From Oopsacas minuta (taxonomy: Eukaryota > Animalia > Porifera): a DNA stretch of 64,000 nucleotides. Shown here piece after piece: positions 48,101 to 59,715 of the stretch; within the stretch, counting starts at the first letter, position 1; every line of letters begins with the position of its first letter. A model generated the notes under the pieces. The model had not been told where the DNA came from and did no database searches. It saw nothing but the letters and a program-made list of their open reading frames with translations. The translations under genes were made by a program, and so were the position numbers. The DNA is taken from positions 496,001 to 560,000 of the forward strand of contig JAKMXF010000299.1 in NCBI GenBank assembly GCA_024704765.1, written 5' to 3'.

Positions 48101-49064
48101 AGTAGGTATATTTTCTATATTATTATATCTCAATTGTTGTTTGTCTGTTTGTCCGTTGTCAAGGAAAGGATTTACGGTATGCAATTTTGAAATTTCGCAT
48201 AACTATCTAATTATCGTGTTTATCAAGGAAGTAAATAGAATTCAATAAAACTTCACTAAATATATCGAACATGCTGAATCCGATTTGACAATTTTGGATT
48301 AATCATATATAAATTTATTGTTGTTTTTATGAATATAAAGTAAACAAATTTCAAATTGGGGTAGAAACATACTTTCAACAACTATACTGGAGTAATTGAG
48401 TATGCTGAATCTGAATATTGTAAACAATATCAATATTATTGAATCTTAATTGTTGTTTGTCCCTTGAATACCCCGAGGCGCAATGCGACGAGCCAAGGGC
48501 TCGTTCACTTTGATATTGTAGCCCACTGAAGGGGTAACAGGTAAGGATAGGGTGGATACTTCAATTCTGAAACCTGCGATTTTATACAAACGTATATTGT
48601 AATTACCGCCTCGAAGTGGGAGTCATTTAATTATGGTTTTGGGTTGCAGAATTAACCAAACACAACGTTCGGATCTAGTGACTAATGTATGAAAGATAGA
48701 ACATTCAATATTTCTGAACTTACCCAAATACTATTCCAATAATAATGAGCATACATGATTCTGGAAAATTGCTCGTAAACTTCTCTAGTTTTGACAGATG
48801 CCATATCAGCTTAGCAAGAATAGCAAGCAGAATGAATATCGTCACCAGTAAGTATACTTCAATATGATCAAAATTGAAACTGACAGGAAGAAGTTCGAAT
48901 TTTACTTCACTACAGTTCTTAGGACATACTAGCGATGAGTTAGAATCGTTAGAACCATTTCTTACGTAATATTTAAAGTCAGATGCAGTGACGAATTGTT
49001 GAGAGAAGTAAGTTGCTATTACTAGCCAGATTATGTAAATGTACATCCTAGATCCTCTCTTCAT
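42107..49064 (-). CDS. Na+/H+ exchanger (SLC9A, NHE1-5-like); exons 49064-48724, 47335-46984, 46211-45531, 45030-44663, 44079-43937, 43814-43544, 42953-42598, 42237-42107
   Basis: PESCMLI, LPPIVLEAGY, SAVDPVAVL, FGESLFNDAVTVVL, SGLRGAVAF, GHHRVRDWW. The 8-exon model keeps frame with GT-AG junctions; the exon 6 acceptor is AAG and the 3' exons are less certain. Confidence 0.88.
46288..46537. mobile_element. Tc1-type MITE in NHE intron 2 (young)
   Basis: Perfect 28-bp TIR CACTCCCTGGCCAAAAGTATTGGAACAC with TA TSD. Confidence 0.93.
48114..48508 (+). mobile_element. Helitron-like repeat family copy in NHE intron 1
   Basis: TCTATATTATTA start, GTTTGTCTGTTTGTCC microsatellite, shared core, and GC-rich GCGCAATGCGACGAGCCAAGGGC end also seen near 18740-18800. 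Confidence 0.7.
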
Positions 49065-49521
49065 TTCTACAACTTCTGGCTCTACTAGGGAATATACGAA
49101 TATATCATTATAAATAATGAATTGTCTGGAATAATCATCTCGAAATACATTACAGTCTCTAAATTGAGATTATAATAGCGACCGTACGCGTACGAGCCAC
49201 AAAAGAACATGGCCGTAGGATGTGGGGGTGACTGTGATGGTCCTTTGTTAGTCTAATGGCGATGGGGCTGCTGAGCTAAGCCGCCCCAATTTTCATGAGT
49301 TTCACACACCCATGAATAGTGACAGTTTCTAACAATAGAAAGTCATTAGAAGTTCAATACTGGGCGGTAAGCTGATTATACGGTTTTCAGTGAGTCTTTA
49401 ATTTCAACTTAATTTTGGGCTAGTTGGGAGCCTGGGGACGCTGGAACCCCCAATCAGGAGCGAAACCTGCGATATGATGACGATTTGATTTGTAAGTGCA
49501 AAGTTTTCCGTATTTTATACA

Positions 49522-49945
49522 TATACTTGCCAACTGTCCGGCTTTTGGCTGCGGTCCTGATTTTTCGGCTATCCATTTAGTGTTATATCCCGCTAAATGG
49601 TGCTAACTGCTAAATAACAAACTAATAGTACTAATCAGTGGCGTCGCTATTTGTGACTGGGAGCCCACGCCCCCAAAATATTCTCCGAGCTCTCATATCA
49701 TTACTCCAAGGGACCAGAAAAATGTGGGCCAATTGCAAACCATACTTTATTTCTTGCGATTGGTTATGCTCCTTGACCTTACTGATTGTTTACAGCACCC
49801 ATAGACCCTCATCTAGAACTTGTTGTTCACCAGATTGAATTTATGCCCCCTAGATTTCCTAGCCGCACGAAGTCACTACAACTAATATAGAGTGTCCCGT
49901 GATATCTCGATAAAATAATACCTTCCATCCCGCTTTTCTCCTTAA
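49522..49945. mobile_element. Decayed relative of the 8335-8551 MITE with an internal CAGTGGCGTCGCTA insertion
   Basis: ATACTTGCCAACTGTCCGGCTTTTGGC start; GTCCCGTGATATCTCG...CCCGCTTTTCTC end homologous to 8483-8530. Confidence 0.5.
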
Positions 49946-50649
49946 CTTAAACCCCCTGTTTAGACGTATATGCTGCTATTGTATTTGGACTTTTGGGGTA
50001 AATATCTCTTTTGCTGAAGTTTTAGAAGTAAATATAATCAGTAAAAATCCAGTGAAGCATATTTAATATAGAATTAATGAGTTTCATTATATACAAGAAT
50101 AAATGGCACACGTCTATACTACTACGTAGAAGCATACTAATTTGTAATTAGATGATAGACGTTATCTATGTCGTCTCGAAAGCACATTAGTAGATGTGTG
50201 CTCGCTTATATTGCAAAATCTAGGAAATTAGACACCCTTCATACTCATAGGTAAAGCTATGCATCATATATATTACCCTTCCCTTAAACGTGGCAATGTG
50301 CAAATTCTGACTGAATTTTGAACTTAGTACGATGGACTAAATGCAGTCGTAACATTGTTCATCACCAAGTTCATTCACAAAAATCTACATGGCGATTACT
50401 TCGACAATTATTCCAGAAGTATTTTCCTTAAAAACACAATTCATATATAGAAGCCCTAACGTTCGGAGTATCAAAAAGTACACAGAACATGCTCTATCTG
50501 CACGGGTCTAGAAATGACCAAAAGCAACATCCAAGCAGGTAGCCACTAATACAGGGGATTAATATGGACTGTTTTACAGTGCAAAAAGATTGCGGAACAC
50601 TCCTGCGGAATCCTTCCAATTTATATATAAAACATGCCACCTCATTTGT

Positions 50650-50892
50650 TTACTTTATACACATAAAAACAACAATATATTTACATATGATTAATCCAAA
50701 AGTGTGAAAATCGGATTCAGCATGTTCGATATGTTTGGTGAAGTTTATTGAATTCTATTTACTTCCTTGATAAACACGATAAATACATAGTTATGCGACA
50801 ATTTCAAATAGCATGCCGTAAATCCTTTCCTTGACAACTGACAAACAAACAAACAAACAAATAAACAACATTTGAGATTTAATAATATAAAT
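50650..50892 (-). mobile_element. Helitron-like repeat family copy
   Basis: Near-identical to 18930-19150 and 55005-55215. Confidence 0.75.
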
Positions 50893-50934
50893 ATAGGAAA
50901 CAAAATATAATTAGCAACAGAAAATATGTCAGTG

Positions 50935-52308
50935 TCAATAGAACAATTGAACTATGATTCCTATAAAACAAATAACAGAATAAAAGAGATACAAAACACA
51001 ACTCCCAAAATGTTCATTTATGATAGGACCAACTAATTCGTTGAGTAGCATGAATATATAGCAGACTGAATTAGTAATTCCTGTAGATATTATAGAGTAG
51101 TGAGAATTGAGCATCTCACCGTAGCACCACCATGTTATAGAACCCCACCCCAAACTGAATGTCATTCCAAACACAGATATAAGGAGTATGGGAGCAGTTT
51201 GTAATAGTTCACATATTTCAGTTTGTTGTGTGTTATTGACACAATTGAATTGCTGAATCGAAAGATAAAGAGTTAGACTGAGCAGTGCCATCATCAACAT
51301 TTGAATGATAGTTGTCATGATGAGTAACCTCTTCCATATCACTTTGTAAATAATCCAAAGGAATACAATTGATCCAATTAACTGAGAAATTGGAAATGAT
51401 AAAACAGCTACCCTCGAATCAATATTAACAGCATTTCTAGAGAATGAGCTGAATATACCATTAGATATTCGTAGCCTGATGATGACTTGAATGCTTGAAG
51501 GTTACAACACACTAATAGAGGTCTTAACACATTTGAAGTAACTGGATACTTTTTGAGAAAATTTGCATCATTTAAGGAAAGATCATTTTCTGAAGATTTT
51601 CTTATTCCTGAATTTATTTCTTACAGCACTCATTTATTGTATTCTCTTGAGGGTAATCGTGTAAGTATTTGCTTGCCTCCTCTGCTTTTAGCTCCCAACT
51701 TTTCTTTCTCAACCATGCTGGACTTTCTGGTAGAAATACTAAATTCAGATTCACGACTACAACAATTATTAAATAGACAACAGCAAGCCAACGATATCCT
51801 AACCATATTCCTGACAAATAACTCAAAATTGTTCCCACACGAAGTGACAATCCTATCAATGCTCCATAGAAGCTTCTCAATTTGGGTTGTGAATGTTCTG
51901 CAAAATATACTGGTACTCCTATCAGACAGAATGAACCGTATGTTCCAATCAATAATCTACCTAATATCATTGATACAGCATCATGTCCCCACACTAACAA
52001 TATCCCCCGAGTGTACCTACCTGAGAAAATAGTAACAAACTAGTCTTAACACCTAACCATTCAATTATCAGTCCTGCTGGGATATCGCTTATTGATGAAC
52101 TAATAAAAACTGATGATGTGAATAGAGAATAAGAGTTTATGGTAAATATACCTTCCTTAAGTAATGCAGTTTCTATCGGAGACGTGTCGGTTTCAATGAA
52201 TAGTAGAGCCACCAGCGCGACTGATGTAGACATAAATGCATGAAACACATGGAGAAACTTAACGCAGGACAGATTATTAAGCAACATACTCGTAAAAATA
52301 TTATACAA
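50935..52308 (-). pseudogene. MFS sugar transporter (GLUT6/8/TRET1-like) with at least 3 frameshifts
   Basis: ILGRLLIG...VPVYFAE...LRSFYG, LPESPAWL, VLRPLLV..LQAF..SSG, FSLGWGSITW..YGEM in shifting frames. Breaks near 52005, 51620 and 51437, without intron-like gaps. Confidence 0.8.
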
Positions 52309-52775
52309 TATTTGATGTTAAGCATTATACTTATTTATAGTATGATTTCTTAATGTATACAATTTGTGACATTCTGTTGTCTGACATTATTCAGCAAAGG
52401 TCCCATGTGGGCTATTGGAGAACACACATGATTATTAGAGAATTGGATAATTAAGCCCACCATTCATCATGCAACTATATGTATACACGTGCATCCTTAT
52501 AGGTATGATTGTCCAAAAATTTATTTAAAACCTTGAAGACCTGTACAATATATTAATATTAATACTAGTGTTAGGTTTGATGTTAAAAAGTTCGAATTCT
52601 ATATATATATATATACTACGACGCGATGATACGCATGAATTGATTATTATAATATCGAGCATAGTTCATCAGCTAGGGCTGTGTAGTTTTTATGCCAGTG
52701 ACAAAACTGACATTCCCTAGTATGCATCTACGGTTTATGAATAAAAGATTAGATATTATGTTGTAAGTAATTATA

Positions 52776-53645
52776 ATGGTAAAAGTATACTACTGTCCTT
52801 GTTTAGTAATTTTATTAATTTTGCCTGTGTTTTGGCTTCTTTCTTATACAAATTATGTCATTTCAAAAATGAAATATGATTTCGGTTTAGAACTGTATCG
52901 GTTGGAGAAGAAAACAGAAAGTTTCTACAAGCATTTGGAAGTGAAAAAATCTTTACTTGAAAAGATACCAAAGACATTACATTTTACTTGGAATTCTCCT
53001 TTTCTTAACGAAACGAACCAATTGAATGTTGATTTGAAAGTGAGGGCAAATATTCAGACCTGTTTAGACGTACATCCTAACTGGGATTATATAATATGGA
53101 CAGATGATTTGGTACGAAAAGGATTCCCAGAATTAGTAGATTTGCTAATCGCAGCTAACATTCCTTCCGTGATTAGTGACGTGCTGCGTATGAATATAAT
53201 AGCTAGATACGGTGGTATATACATGGATACAGATTTCCTCTGTGTACGTAGCTTCGAGCCTCTTTTAGACCAGCAATACTGTACTGCTTTTGCTGGTAGT
53301 GAAGAAGCAATAGAAGATAATGAGTTCAATTTGATAGTGTCAGGGGGGTTGATTGGAGCAGTACAGGGACATTTTTTGTTCAGACGAGCTGCTAAGTTAA
53401 TACTAAATCATGCGCTAAAGCCAGAGGTACCTTCTGTTAAAACTGGCCCTTATTTTCTAGGAAAGATGGTCAGAAGATACAATACAAGTACAGACTGTTT
53501 TTATGTATATAAAAAAAATTTGTTCTACCAATGTAATTTCAATCAACGAGGAACTTGTCAGACAAAACTAGCTGAATACAAAGATGACTCTAGTATATAT
53601 GCTATACACCTTTGGTATGCTTCTTGGATTATTGGGTTAGATTAA
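52776..53645 (+). CDS. DXD glycosyltransferase (GT32, OCH1/SUR1/A4GALT-like), type II membrane
   Basis: N-terminal signal anchor; KIPKTLHFTW; SDVLRMNIIARYGGIYMDTDF; TGPYFL; AIHLWYASW. Confidence 0.9.
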   Translation: MVKVYYCPCLVILLILPVFWLLSYTNYVISKMKYDFGLELYRLEKKTESFYKHLEVKKSLLEKIPKTLHFTWNSPFLNETNQLNVDLKVRANIQTCLDVHPNWDYIIWTDDLVRKGFPELVDLLIAANIPSVISDVLRMNIIARYGGIYMDTDFLCVRSFEPLLDQQYCTAFAGSEEAIEDNEFNLIVSGGLIGAVQGHFLFRRAAKLILNHALKPEVPSVKTGPYFLGKMVRRYNTSTDCFYVYKKNLFYQCNFNQRGTCQTKLAEYKDDSSIYAIHLWYASWIIGLD

Positions 53646-54999
53646 TGATGGCAATTATATTATTTGATTAGTTTATTCTGTTTATTAGTTGTTCTAAAAT
53701 TTATGGAACTGTTCTAAATAATACTAAGAATTTTGTTCTGCTTTCAGAGATAATTAAGTATGTTATTAATTCTCAATTGTCTATTGTTTGTAAGAGGGAA
53801 AGAGTACAAGGGGTACAGTAAAAACTGAAATTTAGGGCCAGTCGTTCCTAAATATGCAGTAGTAAACGGCAGGTACTACTGCATGCCATTTGTGAACCCG
53901 AATTTCGTATTCCAAGATAATTAGCATACTTGCCAACAAGTTTTTTCCAACATTTCTGGAACTTTTGGGTCTAATAGGCGAAATTTAGTGAAATGTAGGG
54001 AAATTTGTAAAGAGGTTGGTAAGTATGTATTAATTCATCTGATCGTAAAACTATGTGCATACAGTCATTATGAATGTTGTGTCCAGATCTCAGAGGTTCT
54101 ACTGTTTACGTACGTACAATTGTACAAGTTTTGGATCAAACATCATTTCTTACAATAAAGTTCTAATGTAACATATATACCTATATCTTCAGTAAAAATC
54201 TATTGACAATCTTCTCTATATAGGCCAATTGTGTCCATATAGGCTATTATAGGGTCTAAAATAATAGACTCGAGTTTAAAGTCTTCCTGGGGCCCCACGG
54301 CACCCCTCAACCCCGAGATTACATACTAGGGATGTCGGATCCAACACATCCATTATTTAGGATATTAATTACAAAAATGTGCGTATCCATTCTAGCGTCT
54401 GTATTGAATAAAAATTAGCTAAATACACCCCCAATGGGACCATCGATGTGAAAATTTATAGCATAAATTCTAGGATCTAGGAGCGGAGTTCATCGCAAAA
54501 TGACGAGCCAAAACATTTATATGGGAGTGTGCTATTGCGAAGTAAAATAATGTAGAACCTAGTTTATAACTACGAACAAGGTTAATACTTAACCCTTATT
54601 CCCGGTTAAGACTAACATATATTTACACAAAATCAGGACACAACGATGGCTATACAAATGGAATTTATCCGATTAATACGAATTCTGGATAAGGCGAACT
54701 AATTTTGGTCGTCCGTTGGTGCCCGTTTTAACGAGGTTCCACTGTATTTTACTTGTTACATAAGCGCTCACTTTCAGTAATGGTCTCCCTTGCTAATGAC
54801 TAAAGGGTCCTCAAATTGATACTAGCTAACTGTAAACAACTAAAGCATCACTAATCTAAGTTATCTTTAAATACTATACATGAGAAACTCGAAAATGCGA
54901 AATTCGGATTCAGCGTACTTGCTCTAAACGGCTACCCCTGGGTAACCGTTTAGAGAAAGTCTGTACGTATATTTTGTGATTTAGATAATTTGTTTACTA

Positions 55000-55218
55000 T
55001 ATATCCATAAAAACAACAATATATTTACATATGATTAATCTAAAAGTGTGAAAATCGGATTCAGCATGTTCGATATATTTAGTGAAGTTTATTGAATTCT
55101 ATTTACTTCCTTGATAAACACGATAAATACATAATTATGCGACAATTTCAAATAGCATGCCGTAAATCCTTTCCTTGACAACGGACAAACAAACACAGAT
55201 TGATATTTAATAATATTA
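55000..55218 (-). mobile_element. Helitron-like repeat family copy
   Basis: Same core as the other copies. Adjacent hairpin CTCTAAACGG...CCGTTTAGAG at ~54920-54953. Confidence 0.75.
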
Positions 55219-55254
55219 CAATTCTAACAGTTGATTTCATATATTACTTATATA

Positions 55255-56400
55255 TCATTTAGGTTTAATTAAGTTTTTTTCCAAATCCACTTGTAATCTT
55301 GTTGGTGGGTTCTTCCGTATGCAGTTAGAATATATTTGGTAAGCCATAACTCCAAAAGTAATAATGGTGAATGGGAAAAATAGAATGATTCCAGTGAATA
55401 TCTGTATTGATATCTTAATACTTGATAAATAGAATATTGTTTTGAATAGAATCAGCTGTTGTGTGGCTGTATGTAGTATTGGTAAATATTGAGAATGATA
55501 TGTGAGAGGAAAGAAGCATTGTTCGTAGTAGAGAATCAATGAAATAGCAATAATAATCTTCTCGTATAATATGGTAACACAAAAACATGCAATGCCAAAG
55601 CAAAGGATGTTTGACGGTATTTTGAATCTTCTCAACTGAGAAAGTTCTTTTCTATTACTACCATACTGCACTAACCTTTCCCTAGCATATTGTGCTAATG
55701 CTGCTTTTAACTTATTGATTTCGGTTATGCATAGTATCGAGTAAATTAGAGACATTATTCCAACTAATAACATAGCGATAGGAGAGGTATATGAACTCAA
55801 CGTGGGTATCAGTATTATACAGCATATCACTGCATTTATTATCAGACTATTTCTTAGCCGCTTCTTAGTTCTTTCCCATGGTTTTCTAAACTTCAGTTCT
55901 GCAGTTTTCAACCTCATTAACCCAATCAATAATACAGGACTCATAAATGCACTAGTATTGGAAGATTGTATTAATGTTTGTGATAATGTGAACCAATTAA
56001 AATTTGATAATTATTTGTATTTTGTGAAATTCCCTTGGCTACAAATGTTTAACTTAATTTCAACATTATCTATGTACTCTAGTATGATATCACCCCGAGG
56101 CAGGATATCATAAAGTAGTAAGCTACATAAACTATACCATTCGAACAGTGCACTGATCATAAGGAGAACGTCTTTCACATATTGTCTTTTGTAAAATACT
56201 ATGGAGTTAAACTCTTCAGAATCTTTATCAAATTGGAACATTTTCTGTGCCTCTTTCATGTCGACGCGCATTTTGTTTGAATTCTTGTACAGGTGAATCA
56301 TCCAAAATATGAAACATCCCGTAAATATAATAATCGCTATTATCCGATTATTGTAAAAACATTACTCATCATCTTCGTATTTGGAATAGGGTATTAGTAC
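55255..56400 (-). pseudogene. Orphan 7TM family pseudogene
   Basis: Track ORFs 56011-56301 and 55255-55944 are in one frame separated by a single TAA (YK*LSNF). A further in-frame TAA lies upstream (EDDE*CFYNNRIIAIII). TM layout and loop cysteines parallel 17191-18294. Confidence 0.7.
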
Positions 56401-57484
56401 TATTATAATATTTACTTGTTTTATTAAAATCTTTTCAATCCACTATTTATACATTATCATGTTAGTATATTTCTTGCCTTATCGTCTTGATTATTATTCA
56501 TTTGCAAGAGTCTATTATAGGTTATAAGCAATATTTCTGATGCCAGTAGTCAAGTAGCCACTTTACTGGATATTACCTTACTGCAAATATATGCTCGAGG
56601 AACTTTCAATTAATAATATTATTTTCTAATTACATCCAGATGTAACCTGGAGATATATCCTCACTGTATAGAGGAATGGAATTTCGGAATACGTACTTAA
56701 GTACGTAGGATGTCAAAAATGATTTATACTTATTCAAAAATTGGGATAATATATATTCGTTATTTTAAAGAAAGCATGATACACTACCGAATTCACATTA
56801 TTGGGGGAATTTTAGCTTAATCATAGCCGCCCTTTGCATGTTATAGTCATTTAAAATCAGATGGCGACTTTTCGATTTTGGGAAATTTCATCTCGGAATG
56901 CAAAAAATCAAATATTTGTGAAGTCATAACTCGAAATATAATTGACACATTCATAGACAACTTTCAAAGACTTGTTTACATCTTGCCACACCAACTTTTA
57001 GACAAATCGGTTGGGGTTGGTGAAAATGACTTAATGAAGTGACATGGAAATCCCCTCCCATTCATTATATTCAAATCCCTATTCGGAATTTCGGATAAAA
57101 CATACACTCGACTAGTATACACGTATGAAATAAATTTTTTCCTCGAAGTCTTGCCCGAGTTCTACTGAATACAGTAAATGTTTCGTCAGTTCGTCTACGC
57201 CCCATGGTTTATATATCTAAGTGGTTATAACCTGTTACCTGCAGCGAGAATCTAACGCTTGGCCTCGTTTCCAGTTCTGGTTTTATTTCTTCCAATAAAC
57301 TTAGTTTAGAATTTTCCATTTACACATCGCCCACACCGTGATATGATATGGAAACTGGTAATCATTTTCCACACTTTTTGCTTATCTAGCTATAGTTTAT
57401 AAAGATCCCTGAAATTATGACCTAACGGCTAAATCGGTAATTGGGTAGAAGGCATGGGCATGATAGAGTTCTACCTTACTTATA

Positions 57485-58855
57485 ATGATTTGTGAATTAT
57501 TTTCTAGAATGTATAATCCAACTTCCTTTACTTACTGGGAAGGATGTTTACAGCAACATATTATATCTTTTCGTGTCCACAACAGATCTATCGTGAAACC
57601 ACTACTATTTATTGCATTTGACATGTGTTTTAAAAATTTCCAAAATAATCTGTATTTCAGCTTGAAATCAGTCCCAACGAATTTATTGAACATGCTTGTG
57701 AACAGAGCCCCTCGGTATGGAATCGATTTTTCACACCTTTTACCCGCTGTAGCGGGTTGTAATCTTACCAGATTAGATGTCACGAACTTCGGAGTGGGTC
57801 GATCACTCCCTCCTTCCTTCTTTGAAGATCTTTCACGATGTCATAAGCTCGTTCATTTGGATTTGTATGGATTTGAATTCAATTTATCAGAATTAAACAA
57901 ACTCAAAGCTTTGAATTGTCTAGAAATTATATATTTAGGCTGTCATCAAAAACACAACATTTTCTCAGAAAACTTAATCGATATTCTAACCCAGTTCAGA
58001 TTAACGTCACTAAACCTACGTCATTTTACAATCGATTTGACGTCATTGAATTATTTCCCTCGTTTGATTTCTTTAGACATGAGTAGCTGTGAAATTTCTA
58101 GAAGCAATACACCGCATTTATCGCTGCCTCCCTTGAAGTCTCTCTCTATATCAAAACCATTGAATAACTTTCTCTCCTCAAATTGTCTAGAAATTGCGGT
58201 ATACGCTACAACACTGGAAACCTTAAGAATTTCATTTATTTCTTTCGAATTACTGGATTTATTCAAATATCACATTTTCCCCCAATTATCAGAGTTAGAA
58301 ATTATTTATTGTAAATACTGGGAATGCTATTGGTTCGAAAATCTCACTTGTCCGAACTTATCTAAGGTAATATATCTCTCTCCATCCGACACAGAGCTAG
58401 GATTTCCAACGATATTCCCCTTTGAGTTAATTACTCATAGCTCTTCACCTCCAATTCTAATGGAATTGATACTGAACCATTTCCATAATCCAGAGGTTGC
58501 GGAAATTCTTGCAAATATTCAAAGCTCCACAAATACTTTTTTCTGGGAAAAAGGTCGTATGGGGAGTCGTGCAAAAGTTTCTCCTCACTTTCTGATAATA
58601 GCCTATGTACTCTTTCTAAATCCTAAACGGTTATTCGAAACTGGTGTCCTTGTGGATAGATTGGGTATTGGTAAATACACTTGTGACTTAGAAATAATCT
58701 GTGGTGAGGATTACATAATTCCTCTGGTACACTATGTGAACAACAGTGAGTCTCCTTATTATAAGAATATTGCACTAAAGTATGTACAAATTGCAAAGGA
58801 TAATGGATATATCATTAATCAAAGGTTACTAAGTATTGTTTCTCAAATTTGTTAA
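57485..58855 (+). CDS. Leucine-rich repeat (RNI/F-box-LRR-like) protein, intronless
   Basis: Repeated LxxLxL units: LTRLDV, LVHLDL, LEIIYL, LTSLNL, LISLDM, LKSLSI, LETLRI, LSELEI, CPNLSKV. Confidence 0.72.
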   Translation: MICELFSRMYNPTSFTYWEGCLQQHIISFRVHNRSIVKPLLFIAFDMCFKNFQNNLYFSLKSVPTNLLNMLVNRAPRYGIDFSHLLPAVAGCNLTRLDVTNFGVGRSLPPSFFEDLSRCHKLVHLDLYGFEFNLSELNKLKALNCLEIIYLGCHQKHNIFSENLIDILTQFRLTSLNLRHFTIDLTSLNYFPRLISLDMSSCEISRSNTPHLSLPPLKSLSISKPLNNFLSSNCLEIAVYATTLETLRISFISFELLDLFKYHIFPQLSELEIIYCKYWECYWFENLTCPNLSKVIYLSPSDTELGFPTIFPFELITHSSSPPILMELILNHFHNPEVAEILANIQSSTNTFFWEKGRMGSRAKVSPHFLIIAYVLFLNPKRLFETGVLVDRLGIGKYTCDLEIICGEDYIIPLVHYVNNSESPYYKNIALKYVQIAKDNGYIINQRLLSIVSQIC

Positions 58856-59715
58856 TTGTTTGTCATATTTATTCATTTTCGAAACAACCCAGCTGTTAGA
58901 TACGTGTATCTACTAAATTTTTAGTAGAAAAAGCACCCCGGAGGAGGGCGGCTTTTGGGCTAGTACCTCTTATAGGAATTAACACGACCTTAATTTCTTA
59001 AGCGTCAATTTCCATAACATTTATTTCAAGCACTTTGATTGTTTAGTAATGCTATTTTCTAGACTATTACTGCAAACAGTGAACCTACTTATTTTCGTTG
59101 TACAACTAGGTTTAGGCTTTGAAGAACCATATAGCATATCAATAGAGGTTAGAAGAACTATAAAGGATATTTACAAAGTTTTGAAGATTAATATTAATAA
59201 CCAAATTGGGTTAATTTCATATATCTGAATATTATTTGCTCCAAATCTCCTTAAATTCCTTCGCGTTAATTTCCTCTAAGGAATTAATACTACCTTAGAG
59301 TTATAGGAAATTAAAGCTCAATGAAATTGTACTACGAATGACAGAATTCTCGACCATGGAAAACTCGCCATGAAATATGTCCAAGTCCAATTAATTACCC
59401 TATTCCAAGACAATTAACAGGACGCAATGTAGTGTATATGCGATGCTATACAGTAGAACTCGGATACAAAAATTAATACTTACTAACCGAAGTATATCTC
59501 ATCCGAATATTTTACCTATACAATTGTATGAATTGATGATGACTTTTTGGGAAAAGTACGTAATTACCGAAAGTATATCTTATCCAAGTTTTACTGTACT
59601 TCACTGTCCAATAAAATATATATCCTTTCGATGATATTTCCATGAACGGACTTCGAAATATATTTATACATAGATTCATAATTGTAATAGAATATCTTAA
59701 CATTATTAATTAGTG

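Noticed and set aside
55255-56400. In-frame TAA codons as evidence of stop-codon reassignment or readthrough
   Set aside because: Intact conserved genes in the window end normally at TAA, TAG or TGA and have no internal stops; simple pseudogenisation is sufficient.
58908-58962. Tiny TC...CTAG|T hairpin element after the LRR gene
   Set aside because: It has Helitron-like ends but is a single ~55-bp copy here; not enough evidence to call.
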